Part shown: positions 1 to 12,190 of the stretch, in pieces | How the letters are laid out: every line of letters begins with the position of its first letter | Position numbering within the stretch: position 1 is the stretch's first letter | Origin: Diplonema japonicum | Taxonomy: Eukaryota; Protista; Euglenozoa: Diplonemea | Direction: 5' to 3' | DNA: 64,000 nucleotides | NCBI GenBank assembly: GCA_964019335.1 | Contig: OZ025760.1 | Span: 141,053-205,052, forward strand | Notes under the pieces: model-generated | What the model was told of the DNA's origin: nothing | What the model saw: the letters and a program-made list of their open reading frames with translations, nothing else | Database searches by the model: none | Position numbers and translations under genes: made by a program

Positions 1-60
1 TAATACGCCAAACCTTGCGACGCTCTCCAGGCCCTGGAGAGGCTTCTCCAGGGCCGTGAG

Positions 61-1252
61 TTTCCTAAGGGAAATTTCAACATGCCAAATAGTGCCAAGA
101 TCTTTTTTTTTCCACTAGGGGACTCATTATTTAACGCGAAATGGCCATTATTTAACTACCGTAAAACGAAAAACTCCCGGACGGAAAAATGTCCGAGTTT
201 TTTTTTTTTTTTATTTCACTCTTCAGAAATTACTTCACGCACTGGGGGGCCCATTACTTCACGCTAAATCTCATTACTTCACGCTAAATCTCATTACTTC
301 ACGGTGAAATAATGGCCTGTTTTCCGTGAAGTAATAGGGGGTTTCCGTTAAATAATATGCCTCGGTAGGCCAATTTTTGCCTCGGTTCGGTTCCCAGTGG
401 GGCTACTTTTTCCTCTCAGTTTGCTATTTCCCCCCAGGTTCAGCTCAATTGGCCAACTTTTGCCTCGGCCCAGTTCCAAGTTGGACAACTTTTTCCTCCC
501 AATTTGCCCACTTTTGGCTAGGCCTTGTTCCCAGTTTCTGGGGGTAACTCTTCTGTGGGTAAGGGTAACTTAGTCAGCTTACCCAAGCACCCCAAATGAC
601 TTCAAAATACCGAAGCAGCAGAAAAAAAGGAGCCAGCGGCCGCGCCAGGTATGGGAAGGCCTGATTAGAGATGGTGACAGTGGCAATGCCAGCGACAGCG
701 GCAGCTCTTAGTCAACAAAAGGAGGGAAAACAACTTGTATTGTAACCTTTGTAACCCCTCTCTTGTTGTACCCCTTGTCACCCTGTTGTGCCCCTCGTGG
801 TGAAGTAATTTCAGAGTGTCGTGAAATAAAACCACTTACCTACCGCCAAGTAATGCTTTACCGACCTCTCGGTTCCGCATTTTACCATCTCGGGCCCTGC
901 GGGCCCTCGACGGTAAAATGCGGAAACCTCGAGGTAACGGTAAAGTCATTACTTGTTGGCAGTAAATAGCTATTTTTGGTGTCCAGGAGTTTTCCCGTCC
1001 GACATTATTCGTTTTACAGTAGTTAAATAATGAGATTTTGGAGTTAAATTATGGGGCTTCAGAGTGAAAAAAATGGGTCTTGTCGTGAAAAAAGTGTACC
1101 CAACCCCTTGAAAAACTTTTTTTGGAGTGGGGGTATTTTGACTATAGGCATCCAACATGCCAAATCGTTCCAGATTTTTCCGAAGCCCATTTTTTCTACA
1201 TAAGGGAAATTTCAACACGCCATTTAGTACATGCCAAATCGTTCCAAGATTT
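61..1252. repeat. Older repeat element hosting the 159-1019 insertion
   Basis: TAAGGGAAATTTCAACA(T/C)GCC at 67 and 1201. ACATGCCAAATCGTTCC at about 1156 and 1229. Its right edge truncates the kinase pseudogene. Confidence 0.45.
159..1019. mobile_element. Non-autonomous Tc1/mariner (pogo-like) element with TIRs and TA target duplication
   Basis: Left end TA|CCGTAAAACGAAAAACTCCCGGACGG (157-) and right end CCCGTCCGACATTATTCGTTTTACAG|TA (-1021). Internal ATTACTTCACG repeats. The same terminus recurs at 44610-44652. Confidence 0.65.
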
Positions 1253-1801
1253 TACGAAGAGGAGGAGTAGGCATCCCCGAAGAACTCGGGTGCCATGAAG
1301 AGAGGTGTCCCTGTTGTGACCGTCTCCCCGCTCACGACCTTCCGCCCGAGCCCAAGGTCTCCCAGTGCGAACACCTTCTCGCCACCATCCCCGACGAGCA
1401 CGTTGGCGGGCTTCACGTCAGGTGGATCACCTGCTTCTTCTCGTGCAGGTACGACAGCCCACTGCACACCTCCCGAAGCATCTGAAGCACTACTTTTTCC
1501 ACGACTCCCTTCCGCTTCACGAGTTCCTCCAGAGTCCCCTCGTTGAGGGTCATCACGATGCACACAGTCGTCGCCCCATCCCCAGCAAGGAACACCTTGT
1601 GGGCCTTCACGATGTGCGGGTGCTCCACCTCAGAAAGCAGGAACGCCTCCGCGAGTCCCCCGTGCCTCATAGTCTCACACCCAGCAGTTTTATTGCGTAC
1701 ACCTTCCCATCCTTCACCGCCCTCCACACCTCCCCGAATGCACCCTTCCCGAGCTTCTTCTCCAAGCGGTACCCTTTCAGGATCTTCCCTGTGTGCCACA
1801 T
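1252..1801 (-). pseudogene. Ser/Thr protein kinase pseudogene (2 frameshifts, 3' truncated)
   Basis: Joined frames give MWHTGKILKGYRLEKKLGKGAFGEVWRAVKDGKVYAIK / ...EHPHIVK...LSYLHEKKQVIHL / DVKPANVLV...LGDLGL...GTPLFMAPE. The sequence ends at the repeat edge. Confidence 0.85.
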
Positions 1802-1875
1802 TCTTTTATTGTCTCCTTTTTTTCCCGTTCACTGTATTGTGGTCAAGGTGCTTGAGAAATGAGGCAAAACTCAAA

Positions 1876-1929
<54 letters not shown>

Positions 1930-2208
1930 CAACCTTACTCAAAAGAAAAACCCCAGCTGGCTGACAACGGGCATAAGAAAATATATTCTTGAATTCCTTT
2001 CTTTGTGTGAACGAAAGGGGCTGTTTGTTTGTTTATAGAAGGGGGGAGGGGGGGATGGATAAAAAAAGAGGAAAGTAATGCATGTTACACCACTCTTCTA
2101 GAACTGATATTTTACTCAGGCTGAAGCAAAGACGATGGGAAAAGAACATAAAAGGCGATGTTTAAGGGCAAATCCCACTCGAGGACCACCCTTAGGGGGG
2201 GTGGGGGT

Positions 2209-5200
2209 CTATCTCTTGATGCTTCCCTTTTGGAGCCTCGCTTTCGTTCCGATGGCGGATACCAGTGTCTTTCGCAGACGGTTGATGCGGTCCTTCTTCA
2301 GGTTGGTTTTCAGCTCTTTTAGCCTGTCCTGGGTTTCTCGTGAGGCGAAGATCGGTCTCCTTGCAAAGCCTATCGCCGCCTTCCCTCCTATTGCCATGAG
2401 GGACTTCACTCTCGTTTTGTTCTTCGCCGGGAAAGGCTTTTTCTTTCCTTGTAATGCGCACCTGTCGTTCACCTTTTGGATCAGTTTCTTGATCCTTCGC
2501 GCCTTTTCCTCCTGCGTCACTCCCAGCGATCTTCGTGTCGTCGCTTCGAAGTCTAGGGCTAACTCCACCGCCGTCACCTCCGACGTCGTGTCTTCTTTAA
2601 CCCATCTTACGTTTTGCTACTATCATCGCCAGGTACCTCTGCAACCTCTCCAGGTGTGCAAACCCGTGCCCCCTCGGCAAGATCCCGTGCAGTTCCAGGC
2701 AGAGAGGCCAGCCTGACCTGTCGCGTAGCGGTTCCAACCCGTCCCTCGCTAGCTCTTCCTGCGCAAGTGGGCATTCGTACAGCTGGTGCCGTAGCAGCGT
2801 CACTGTGTTCTGGTGTACTGCCGTGCATATGTCGCATCTATAATTCTGAGGAAGCATTGTCTCTCCGGGTGGTCTCCCGTCCTCTCTTTTCAAGTCATCA
2901 TTGTCCGGTTCTTCTTCCTCACTTGCCGGGTCGAGCGGTACGGTTTTCGGTCCCGCACTGGCGTGTGGGCTTATGTAGGGGACTGCTCCTGCTATGATCC
3001 TCCTGAACTGGTAGGCTACCACCGGATCCCTCTCCTCCTTCTACAGCCTATTCGTTTCAGGGTCAGCCCCAGCCTCGAGTCCTCGTACCGTGCTCCTTTC
3101 TTTCGTGAGGTCCCCGCATCGGGCCTTCCTCACAGCTCCCTGAAGACGTGTCCTCTTTCTGGCCATCCCATGTTCTTGCAGTCCAATCGGCTCCAGCTCC
3201 ATCCGATGTACGGCAGCCATCTTTTCAACAGGTTCCCAACCGGACCTCTCGGCATCCCCCCTTCCACGTAGCGCTCCGCTATTCTCTGCAACCTTTGTCG
3301 CAGTCCTTCCTTTTCCATGCCCTCGGATATCATTTTGAGGGACCGGTACGCCACTAATGAGGTAGGGTCGTTGGTGTGTCCCTTCAGTAGGACTGCATTC
3401 ACAGCGATAGGCGAGCGGCCACGGTGGTGGGGGCCCCATAGGCATACGGTGATCCTCGTCGTCAATTTCTTGATCGTTTCCTTATTCGGCGGCGAGAAGG
3501 GGCTCGCGTATAGGCAGGAGGGCAGTATCGACGAGCTCACAAAGTGCGCTTTGGTTTCGAAGGCCAGGTTCGTGTTCCCCAGTCTATCCAGGGACCCGAA
3601 TGCTTTGGTCGATGGGGCGATGTCGTCCCTGCTTCCATGCTCTTCAGGCTCTTTACCGTTTTGTACGGCACTGTGACCTCAACGCCCTTCCGGCTCTCCT
3701 TTCTGTTCCCCAGGACCTCGGATTTGAACCCTCTCGCCGTGCCGAAGGCTACGGTCTTCGTATCGTTCAGCTTCATGTCTGTTAGGGTGCAGAACTCCAG
3801 TGCGCCATCTATCCCTGCCTGCAGAATCGAGCGGAGCTTTGCCAGGAGGTATGCATCGTCCGCGTAGGCTACAACGTCCACCCCCGCTGCCTCCATCGTT
3901 TTGATCATCACAGAGAGCAGCGCGTTGATGATGATCACCGACAATGGGCAGCCCTGGAGGATGCCGTTGGTTGCCTCGAACGGGTCGCCCACTCCAATCG
4001 GGAACTTAAACCTCCTTGAAATCTGGTTGTACAGTGCTCTCCTTATTGGTTCTGCCAAGCCCATTGCACTCATCAGGTCCAGTGATAGTCTCTGCGGTAC
4101 CATGTCGAAGCATTTGCTGAAGTCAAGGGCTATACCTTGGAGTGGTTCTTCCTCGACTAGTGCTAGTTCCAACTTTGTACAGAGTTCCATCAGAGCTGAA
4201 GTCGTGCTGTGCTTAGGCCTGAATCCGTGCTGATTTGGCGTGATCCACCGCTCTTGCCAGCCTAGCACCTGCCTCAGTCTCGCGCTTGCCCACAGCCGGT
4301 AGATGGTGCTGGTCACCGTGATTGGCCGGTGGTTTAAAAATGCCGACCCCTCCCCTTTCCGTGTGAGCGTTACCAGGGCTGTTGTGATCTGCTCCGGCCA
4401 TTGTCCTGTTCTTTCAACGAGGTTGAAGAGATCCGCGAATCCGCTGAGGATGGGCTTCGGCAGTCGCTTCAGCTCGCTGATGCGCCATCCATCCACTCCG
4501 CACGCTCCTTTGACAGGTTTCTTCCTGATTACCTCTTTCAGGAGGTCAGCGTCTATCGCGCTCTGTGGCATTGGTTTTTCCCCGATGAAGTTTGCGTATT
4601 TCTTTCTGAACGTTTCGAATTGTGGCTCATCCTTTGGTTCCCGTGCACAGAAAATCGCTGACCACGCCTTTCGCATCACCGCGTCCATTTCCTGCAGGTT
4701 TGCCGTCACTCCCTCCTTCGTGCTCACTGCTTCCGTTTTCTGTTCCGGGCGGTCCTTCACCCACGCTGTGATGTGCTTTCGCTCGTCCACAAAGTCTGCG
4801 CGTATGGACCGCTCGTAAGCTTTTTTCTGGCACTCTTTCCGGTGGACGATGAGTTCGGATCTCTCCCCCTCGACGAAGTCCCCCGCTATGTCTAGGTTCT
4901 CCCAGATTGCATCGAAACCCTCTGTCGCATCTATCTGGCAGTATTCCACCTTGAGCGCTGCCCCCAGTTGCGAGATGTTCTTAAGGATGTTCCTCGTTTC
5001 CGTCGGCAGTGGGCCATGGTACCCCTCCTCCAGCTGAGCACGCATCCTTTCTTTCGCGATCCCGATCTTCTTTTTGATTTTCTCCAGTTGCATCTGTCTC
5101 GTCGGGATTGCCCCTCCGGTTCCTGTCCTCTCTTCTTGGCACAGAACTCAGCTGCATCCACCCAGTCTCTCTGGAGTGCCCTTCTCAGCGTCGGTGATCG

Positions 5201-5809
5201 CTCCTCGTCAGTGTTGAAGTCTCCGACCACCGCAACTGGTACCTCTCCCAGATCGAACCTCACACGTTGCAGGATGTGGTGTAGTAGTTCCTCCCTGGCG
5301 TTCTTCATTACCGGGTCCTGCCCTGAGTGACAGTACACGTTGATCACATGAAGCCACCTTTTGCCTGCATCCAGGGAAATCTTCACATGAGTCCATCTGT
5401 CCTTGTGGGGTCCTGGAGTCTCGCATTTTATCGCCGTTCGGGGTCTCTTCACCAGGGTTCCCAGCCCTCCCCGTTTGGCGATTGTCAGCGACGAGATCTC
5501 GTTTGTCCTCCTGCCTGGCTGCGGTTTCCCCCAGAATCTGGTGTACTGCCTGCCCCATTCGTCATCTCTGAGCACGCGTTCCACTTCCAGCTGTGTCTGG
5601 GCTGTGAGCGCCGTCTCCTGGATGCAGAAGACGTCTGGGAGGACTCCAGCATATTCACCCAGCCTGTTGTTTAGGGCCGCGCCATTGTGCGTGAATAGGG
5701 TGAGCTCGTCTGCTCCGCGTCTCTCCAACTCGTCGTTCGCCGGTCCGGGCCCCGGGTTTGGCTCCACCCCATCCTCGACCAGTTGCTTCGATTCTCTGTC
5801 GGAGAGCAA
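2209..5809 (-). pseudogene. Element A ORF2: 2A-like peptide + APE endonuclease + reverse transcriptase + zinc knuckle, frameshifted
   Basis: ORF pieces 4931-5809, 3537-5093, 3130-3540, 2597-3022 and 2209-2577. The APE C-terminal motifs are missing near 5100, consistent with an internal deletion. Confidence 0.88.
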
Positions 5810-5935
5810 CCTCGGGTCGTGCTTCGACCGGGGCCGGGTGATCGTGTGGTGATGATTATAATTGTGATTGATGAAATTGTTTAGGTTAGGGTGTTGGCCG
5901 TTCGGCGGGGTTGGGGGTCATTTATCATATGTCAG

Positions 5936-7659
5936 TCACCACCCGCCTTCCATACATCTACGGCACACGGTGGTCCTGCACTCGTTTATTATGCATTGTT
6001 GGGCCTGGTTCTTCTTGTGCACCCCTTCATCGCATATCTTGCACACTGCTCCCCTCCAGGTCGAGTACGTGCCGTTGAAGACGTGCGTCTTTCCTGTCAC
6101 GCAAATGGTAAGGTCTCCTTCCTCCAACAGTTCCTCGTCCCCGTCTCCCCCTTCAGTTTCAATGTCCGTGTCCGTTCCCGTAGGCGGTGGTCCCAAACTA
6201 GACTCAGCATCTTCTGTTCCTTCCATCTCCGTGCCATACTGTGGGGAGCATGCTTCTTCCGACCTTTGTCCCTGCTTCACGAATACCTTCAGTTGGGCTG
6301 TTAGCTCCGTCATCGCCTGCTGTAGTTGGCGTACCTCCTGGCGTAGCTCGTCATTTTCCTTTCTCAGTTTCAGGACCTCCGACGACTCCTTTGGTTTCTT
6401 GAGTGGTCTGCCGGAGAGTTTCTGAATCGCTTTTTCGGTCCTAGACGGTCTTCCATCGACGTGTTCTTCTGCACCTTCCCCTCTGTGTCTGGCGAACCCT
6501 TCGTTGTCTGAGTCTTAGAGCTAGGGGTGGGACCAGTCTTAGCAACCCCTGCTGCCGCGTTCAGATAGGACTTGGCCCCAGCTGGCGAGGACTGTTTTCT
6601 GCTCCATGTCTGCCCTGGGTGTGACTTTAAGGTGGCCATCGGTCTGGTCGACGTATCCGACGTGATTCTGCAGTTTAGGATCTTCCCTGTCGGGGTCGTG
6701 ATCCTCACCTTGTCGGTCGGAGGTTTCGTTCCTCTGATGTACCAGCACCGAGTCCCGTTGCTCCATCCGCCTCTGACCGGTACTCCCTTCCATCCCATCT
6801 TTGCGGTGATCCTCTCCACGTGCTGTTCGCTGCAATCCGAGTAGAGCCCGGTGAGCTTCCACGTCGGCTCCCCGTGTTGGCTCGACTCTCCCGCTCAGCG
6901 CCGTCAGGAACATCGTCTTGTTGCTGTACTCGGTTGCCGTCTTGACGACGATGTCGACTTCCAGCCTTCCGTCCCCCCCTTGCTTCGTGAGCACCCCCTT
7001 GATCCCTGACCATTTCATTGCCTGCACCTTCAACAAACTCTCCTCAGACAGTAGCACCACGCCGTCCATTCCCTTCGCCATGTCCTATCTCGATAAAGGG
7101 GACTTGAAACTGGTCCTTTTCTAGCTTCCACACTTTCTTGGCGTCCTCCTTCGCTGGGGCCGTTCTCTTCTTGTTGTTGTTGGGGGTGCGCCAGGATTTG
7201 CGTTCTCCGTCTGTTGTTGGCATCCCCACCTTCACCAGCTCAAACTTCTGTTGAACGGTCTTCAGCACCCCTTTTTCGAAGGACTCAGCGACAAAGCAGA
7301 ACCTTCCCTGTCCGTCGTGCCCTATGTGCACTTTCTTTTTCCCGCCTTGAGCGACCTGTACCACTAAGGACCCCTCTGCGAGCACTGCAACATGAATGTT
7401 GGCTTTCAGTGCCCTTGCGGCGGCCTGTATGCACAGGCTGTCTGCGATGGATCCTTCACAGAAGCCGTCGAAGTTGCCTCCTTCCACGAGTGGGGTACTC
7501 CGCCTCGTTCCGCCTCAGTTCCTGCAGGGCCATGCCCTGCACCTCTGCCTTCTTCATCGCTAACTTCTTTGCTAGCACTCCGTACAAGGTGTAGTCCTTC
7601 CCCGCCTCCACCGTCATGCCAAACCCCTTCAGCGCTCGTGAGAGGTCTTGGAACCCCAT
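5936..7659 (-). pseudogene. Element A ORF1 (OTU-like N-terminus, C-terminal Cys-rich zinc finger), frameshifted
   Basis: Consecutive ORF fragments. Shares GW...W.IR.T.PPT with element B ORF1. Ends in CKIC-x12-C-x4-C-x4-CRRC. Confidence 0.7.
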
Positions 7660-8157
7660 CCTGCTTCGGCCTATCCCTTCTGTCGTTTTTACCTTCTCTG
7701 TTGTTATTGTCTTCTCGTCCAGTCTTCTTCGTCCTTCGCTTCCTTCTTTTGATTTGTCTCTTTTTCCGTCTTCCTAGTTCTTCGCTTTCTATTGATTCTT
7801 CCCTCTGTCTTCTCGTCTTTTACTCTTCTTCTATTTTTCCTCTTTTCAAACCGTATTACCTATTGAGTCGGACACCAATAAAGTACAGAAAAAAAAGGGG
7901 GGGGGGAGAAGCATGCTTAGCCTTTGTTTGTTGTGCACAGAACTGAATTAAGTCCTTCGGAGGGAAGGAGAAAGTATGGAGCAGCAAAAGAAAGAAAATG
8001 CAATCAAAAGAGGAAACCCTCCACCCTTGTTGCTTTTTTTTTTTTTTTAGTGGGAGTGAAAAATCAGAATTTACTTTATTTTCTTATCCTTTGTTGTAAT
8101 TTGTACCACCGCCACCTCCCAGACACTCAAATTCTGCTGTCGTTAATAAAAATATCG

Positions 8158-8317
8158 TATTTGTGAATATAAGATTGATTTCACTTGTGGGGGCAGTTTT
8201 GACTCGTTAAATGTTTTAACACCTCGCTTCGCTCGTGAAGTAATTACCTCACTCGTCAAAAAAACCACTGCCACCACCGCGTGAAATCGTGCGATCTTAT
8301 ATTATGTTCACTAAATA
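8158..8317. mobile_element. Small degenerate MITE-like inverted-repeat element
   Basis: Left ...GTGAATATAAGAT.GATTTCAC..GTGG.GGCAG..TTTGAC pairs imperfectly with right GTCAAAA..CTGCCACCAC..GTGAAATC..ATCTTATATT..TTCAC. Confidence 0.45.
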
Positions 8318-8572
8318 TAAATAATTATTCATTACTCTCTTCCCCATATTCCCCGAATCGAACAAAAATAAAACAAAAATAAAACAAAAACAAAAACAAA
8401 AAAGAAATAAAGTTTGCTCGCTCCCTGCTACCCACCGTGGTAGTGCCTAGCTGACGTTTTTTGTACCTTCCAAATCCTTTCATTTTGGTAATCTTCTCTC
8501 AGCTTGGCTGCCGCCATCCCCCCTCCTAGCCATAATTCCTCATGCCAAAATTACCGGTTCCAGCATTTGTCG

Positions 8573-8613
<41 letters not shown>

Positions 8614-9063
8614 CATTACGGCGGGCGTCAAGATCAGACCAGGAATTATATTAGTTAGGTCTTATATATTAATCAAACGAACAACAAAAGACCTAACCCA
8701 GGTTAAAAACAGCCAATGGTGGGTTAGCCTGGAGGGACCCTCAACACCAGAACCTGTAGGGCATCTTGACAAACAAAAAAACAAAACAAACGAACAAAAC
8801 TAAACAACGGTGAAAGGGACTGCCTATAACTTACGCTCGTGTAACGAAGAAGGGGGGGGGGGGGGGGGGAGGAGAAGACCTACCTCATAAGTTTTACTTT
8901 TAACCAAAAAAAAAAAAACTCGATGATTTAAAGCCGGTGGGGGCACCCTGCACAAGCACCATTTACTTGATTACAGGGGGCGCACCTCGGCCAAAAAAAA
9001 AAAAAAAAAAAACACACACGCAGTAAGGCGAGTGCGTACTTAATATATATATATATATTTTTT

Positions 9064-11649
9064 TTAAGCATTCGAGAACAGACTCTTCCTCTCGCTGCCC
9101 TGTTTGGACAATAAAACGTTCAGCTTTCTGTTCATGACCTTCTGGTTGTGGAGAACATCTTGAAGAATGGTAAGAACTTGCGGATGGTTCATGACCCCAC
9201 CAACGATCGTTTCATCATCCCGATGACTATAGGCAGGATTGTGAGAACTTTTTCGCGATTGAGGGCCTCCTCGGTAGGACCCGATGTCCGCTTCTTCCTC
9301 TTCGGGGGGTGAGAGGAGGAGGTTGTGGTGGGAGTGGTCCACGTCCTGATCAGACTGCTGGTTAGGGATGGACAAAAATTTCCGTGTGTTGTGTGATTCC
9401 CTGTGGTTCATCAGATGCATCAGTTCAGCCCCGGTCAGGCTGGGCTGGTGTCGGGGAACGGTGAGAAATGACGGTGCGGGCTGGTTTCCATCGGCATCAT
9501 CCTCAAAGGCGATGCTACCTGACCTGTCTCTCATTTCAGGGTCGCCGTTGCCACCACCGCCTCCTCTTCCTCCTTCTGTCGACCGTCCGTCTTCTCTCAC
9601 CCGCTCCTCGTTTCGGTTTAGCATTGCCTTCTTGCTGAGGAACTTCGACACGCACTCTTCGATCTCCCGTTGGTCCGTCTTACCTGGGGCGATACTTTTC
9701 CCAGATTTTTTCTTCAATAACGGGTGTTCTGGAGGTGGGGCCTTTGTGCGGAGAGCCATCTCTGCCTCCAAGTGGTATCTTAAAAGAGGGAAGGTTTCCA
9801 CGATGGAGTCGAACCCTTCTTTCTTCAAGATCAGCATCTCGCAGTACGACACGCAGCTCACAGACGCTGTACGGGACACGTCGCCGAGAAGCGCAATCTC
9901 TCCGAAGAAGGAACCCTTTTGAAGGGAAGCCACCTGCGTGCCATCGGACTTCAACACCTGCGCGAACCCGTGCACCACAACGAACAATGCATCCCCCTTC
10001 TCACCCTCCACCACAACGTACTCCCCTCGACCGTAAATACGGTGCATCAAGGACTGCGCCAGTGCGATCCGGCAGTCTGCAGATGTGTGTCGGAATATTG
10101 GGACTTGTGACAGATATTCCACTTTCATGTATAGAGCAAGGTGGGCCTGTACAGTGGGAGGAAGCTTGTCCATCACCTCTGTGAAGGAGCGGAGGTGAAT
10201 CTTCTGCGACAGTAAATGCTCTTGAAGAGACAGAATGTCGTCCACGGTCGCCGTGTCCATCCTGTAGTGCTCGATGACCTGAAGGGTCCGGTTCATGTAG
10301 TCTCTGTGTTCCACTTCGGTGTCGACAGCCATCATGTAAGAGGTCACCTTCCCGATCAGCCAGCCGTTCACGATCAGCGCGATCGCGAACAAGAATGTCG
10401 CCAGCATGTAAGCAGATGTAGTGCGGATTTCAATATCGCCGTACCCCACAGAGGACACGGTGTACATTGTCCAGTAGGTTGCCTTCAGGTACCGAATGGC
10501 AGAGGGCCGCACCGTGAAGCAGGGGGCATCGTCGTCGTTGAGGTAACTGCAGGTCGCCACGATGAACAAACAGCTTGTGAGGTGGAGAAACCCCACCGCG
10601 TTCAAGCAGGTCTTCACCATCGGGGCGTACCCGTACTTGCACCGAACCCTGTTCGCCGTTACACGCTTTGCGCTTGAGAACTCGAACAGGGTCCCGATCC
10701 TAGCCCATTTCAACAGCTTTGTACAGTGCAACACAAAGTACACCCAACGGTATTCATCCCCTGTCGCCGCCACCACCAAATCAAATGGTGTCCCCACCAT
10801 TAAGTCTATCGCGAATCCAACAGTTTTGGGATACACTTTCGGCGCTGTCTTGTACCTTACCAATATGTCCGTCAGCAGTGTTGTTGTCGTCAGGATTTCA
10901 AGACAGAGAAGTACTGGGAAGTCCCCGTACCACGGTGTGGGGTGGATCAACACCAAAGGGACTGTTAAGATGTAGTAGAACGCAGAGGCGAGCACCAAGG
11001 AGTCGAAGATCCACCTCTGCGTGGAGTCCTGTACCCACAGAGGGAACCCATCGTAGGACATTGAAAGCTGCGTCTTCAAAAGGTTCCGTGTCTTGTCGTT
11101 GTTCGCTGCAAGGGAGTCGCGGATGGTCGGAACCTTTAACATGGTGCGTCTCCAGACGGACGGCTGGGTTGCTGTTTTTATCGCGCCCATTAAAGTGAGG
11201 AAGATTTCGCTGGAACAGGTCTTCTTGGTGGTGATGTGTGTGTAAGCTAGCCGTATTTCACCTTCTTTTAAGTCGAGGCCGAGAAGCTGGACTGAGGTTA
11301 CGACGTCGGTCAGTGCGATGGATCCTTCCATGCCCCTGTCGAGCTGCGAGAAGATTTCGGAGAAAAGCGATTTTTCACTCGCGCAAAGGTTTTTGTTTCC
11401 TTCCCTCTGCTCCGTCATTGCCCTCATACCCCTTAGTCTCAGTGCACTTGTAGCACCGCCTCCAAGGAGCCCACCAAAATCAGGCGACGGTCCTGGGCTC
11501 AACCCTGGCGATGACCGTGTGGAGGGTGTTACTTCCTTCTCCTCCTGCTCCACCGTGATCTGCGGAACCCGCAGCTTATCCACCGCAAAGGTACTCCTCT
11601 TTCTAGGCTGTAGAGGGTTGTCCCCCTCGGTAACTGGAGGGGGTAGCAT
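9064..11649 (-). CDS. Cyclic-nucleotide-binding-domain K+ channel (EAG/HCN/CNG superfamily) with N-terminal EF-hand-like region
   Basis: 861-aa ORF. Pore motif TVSSVGYGD, cNMP domain (GEKGDALFVVVHG, FFGEIALL, RTASV) and EF-like LDRGMEGSIALTDV. Confidence 0.9.
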   Translation of the reverse strand: MLPPPVTEGDNPLQPRKRSTFAVDKLRVPQITVEQEEKEVTPSTRSSPGLSPGPSPDFGGLLGGGATSALRLRGMRAMTEQREGNKNLCASEKSLFSEIFSQLDRGMEGSIALTDVVTSVQLLGLDLKEGEIRLAYTHITTKKTCSSEIFLTLMGAIKTATQPSVWRRTMLKVPTIRDSLAANNDKTRNLLKTQLSMSYDGFPLWVQDSTQRWIFDSLVLASAFYYILTVPLVLIHPTPWYGDFPVLLCLEILTTTTLLTDILVRYKTAPKVYPKTVGFAIDLMVGTPFDLVVAATGDEYRWVYFVLHCTKLLKWARIGTLFEFSSAKRVTANRVRCKYGYAPMVKTCLNAVGFLHLTSCLFIVATCSYLNDDDAPCFTVRPSAIRYLKATYWTMYTVSSVGYGDIEIRTTSAYMLATFLFAIALIVNGWLIGKVTSYMMAVDTEVEHRDYMNRTLQVIEHYRMDTATVDDILSLQEHLLSQKIHLRSFTEVMDKLPPTVQAHLALYMKVEYLSQVPIFRHTSADCRIALAQSLMHRIYGRGEYVVVEGEKGDALFVVVHGFAQVLKSDGTQVASLQKGSFFGEIALLGDVSRTASVSCVSYCEMLILKKEGFDSIVETFPLLRYHLEAEMALRTKAPPPEHPLLKKKSGKSIAPGKTDQREIEECVSKFLSKKAMLNRNEERVREDGRSTEGGRGGGGGNGDPEMRDRSGSIAFEDDADGNQPAPSFLTVPRHQPSLTGAELMHLMNHRESHNTRKFLSIPNQQSDQDVDHSHHNLLLSPPEEEEADIGSYRGGPQSRKSSHNPAYSHRDDETIVGGVMNHPQVLTILQDVLHNQKVMNRKLNVLLSKQGSERKSLFSNA

Positions 11650-12190
11650 TTTTCTTTTATTTTTCTTTTATTTTGTTTTTGTGTTTTTTTGTGTTTTACC
11701 CGGCACGTACAAACAACGGCCAGTTCCTCTTTTTCCTGTGGTGGTGAAATGGGAGGGACAGCAAAAAAAAAGAAGAAAGAAAAAAAAAGGGGGGGGGAGA
11801 GTATACACTATAGGTTTAGCAAAGGGATGGGGTGGTAGGAGGGGGACACTGCCAGTTAGACAATATTGGTTACGCGTGCTATTTGAAGTTAGCCCCCTTC
11901 CCGCTACCTTCTTTTTTTTTTAAAACATTTTTCTTCCGTTCCAGCGGGGAAGGGGGGGGGGGGGTGTTATTCTATTCTCGTTCTTTTCTTTCTTTGGAGG
12001 TAAAAAAAAAAAAAGTAATATTATATGAAATTAACAACAAACCGTGGGGGAAAAAAAAAAAGAAAAAAAAAAGGAAAGAAGAAAGAGAACCCACAAACTG
12101 GGTGTGTGCTGTATAACCCCCCCCCTTTTTTTTCTCTATTTGGTGCATAAACACCGCCCTTATTGCGACACCCCCCCCCCCCCCCCCCCA

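Larger units (their letters stand above)
2209..7870 (-). mobile_element. Decayed APE-type non-LTR retrotransposon (element A); boundaries approximate
   Basis: ORF1 in frameshifted pieces (7659-5936). ORF2 pieces carry APE (CIQET, NVY, VGDFN), RT (HRPITV, QHGFR, DFSKCFD, ILQGCPLS, YADD) and a CxxC..H...C knuckle (CDIC...HQLYEC). Confidence 0.9.

Noticed and set aside
230-345. ATTACTTCACG repeats as a CRISPR array
   Set aside because: Short tandem units without unique spacers, eukaryotic context and no cas genes.
8627-8770. Possible structured ncRNA or MITE (GTCAAGAT...ATCTTGAC with internal hairpins)
   Set aside because: Only an 8-bp terminal match, a single copy, and no recognisable RNA family motif.
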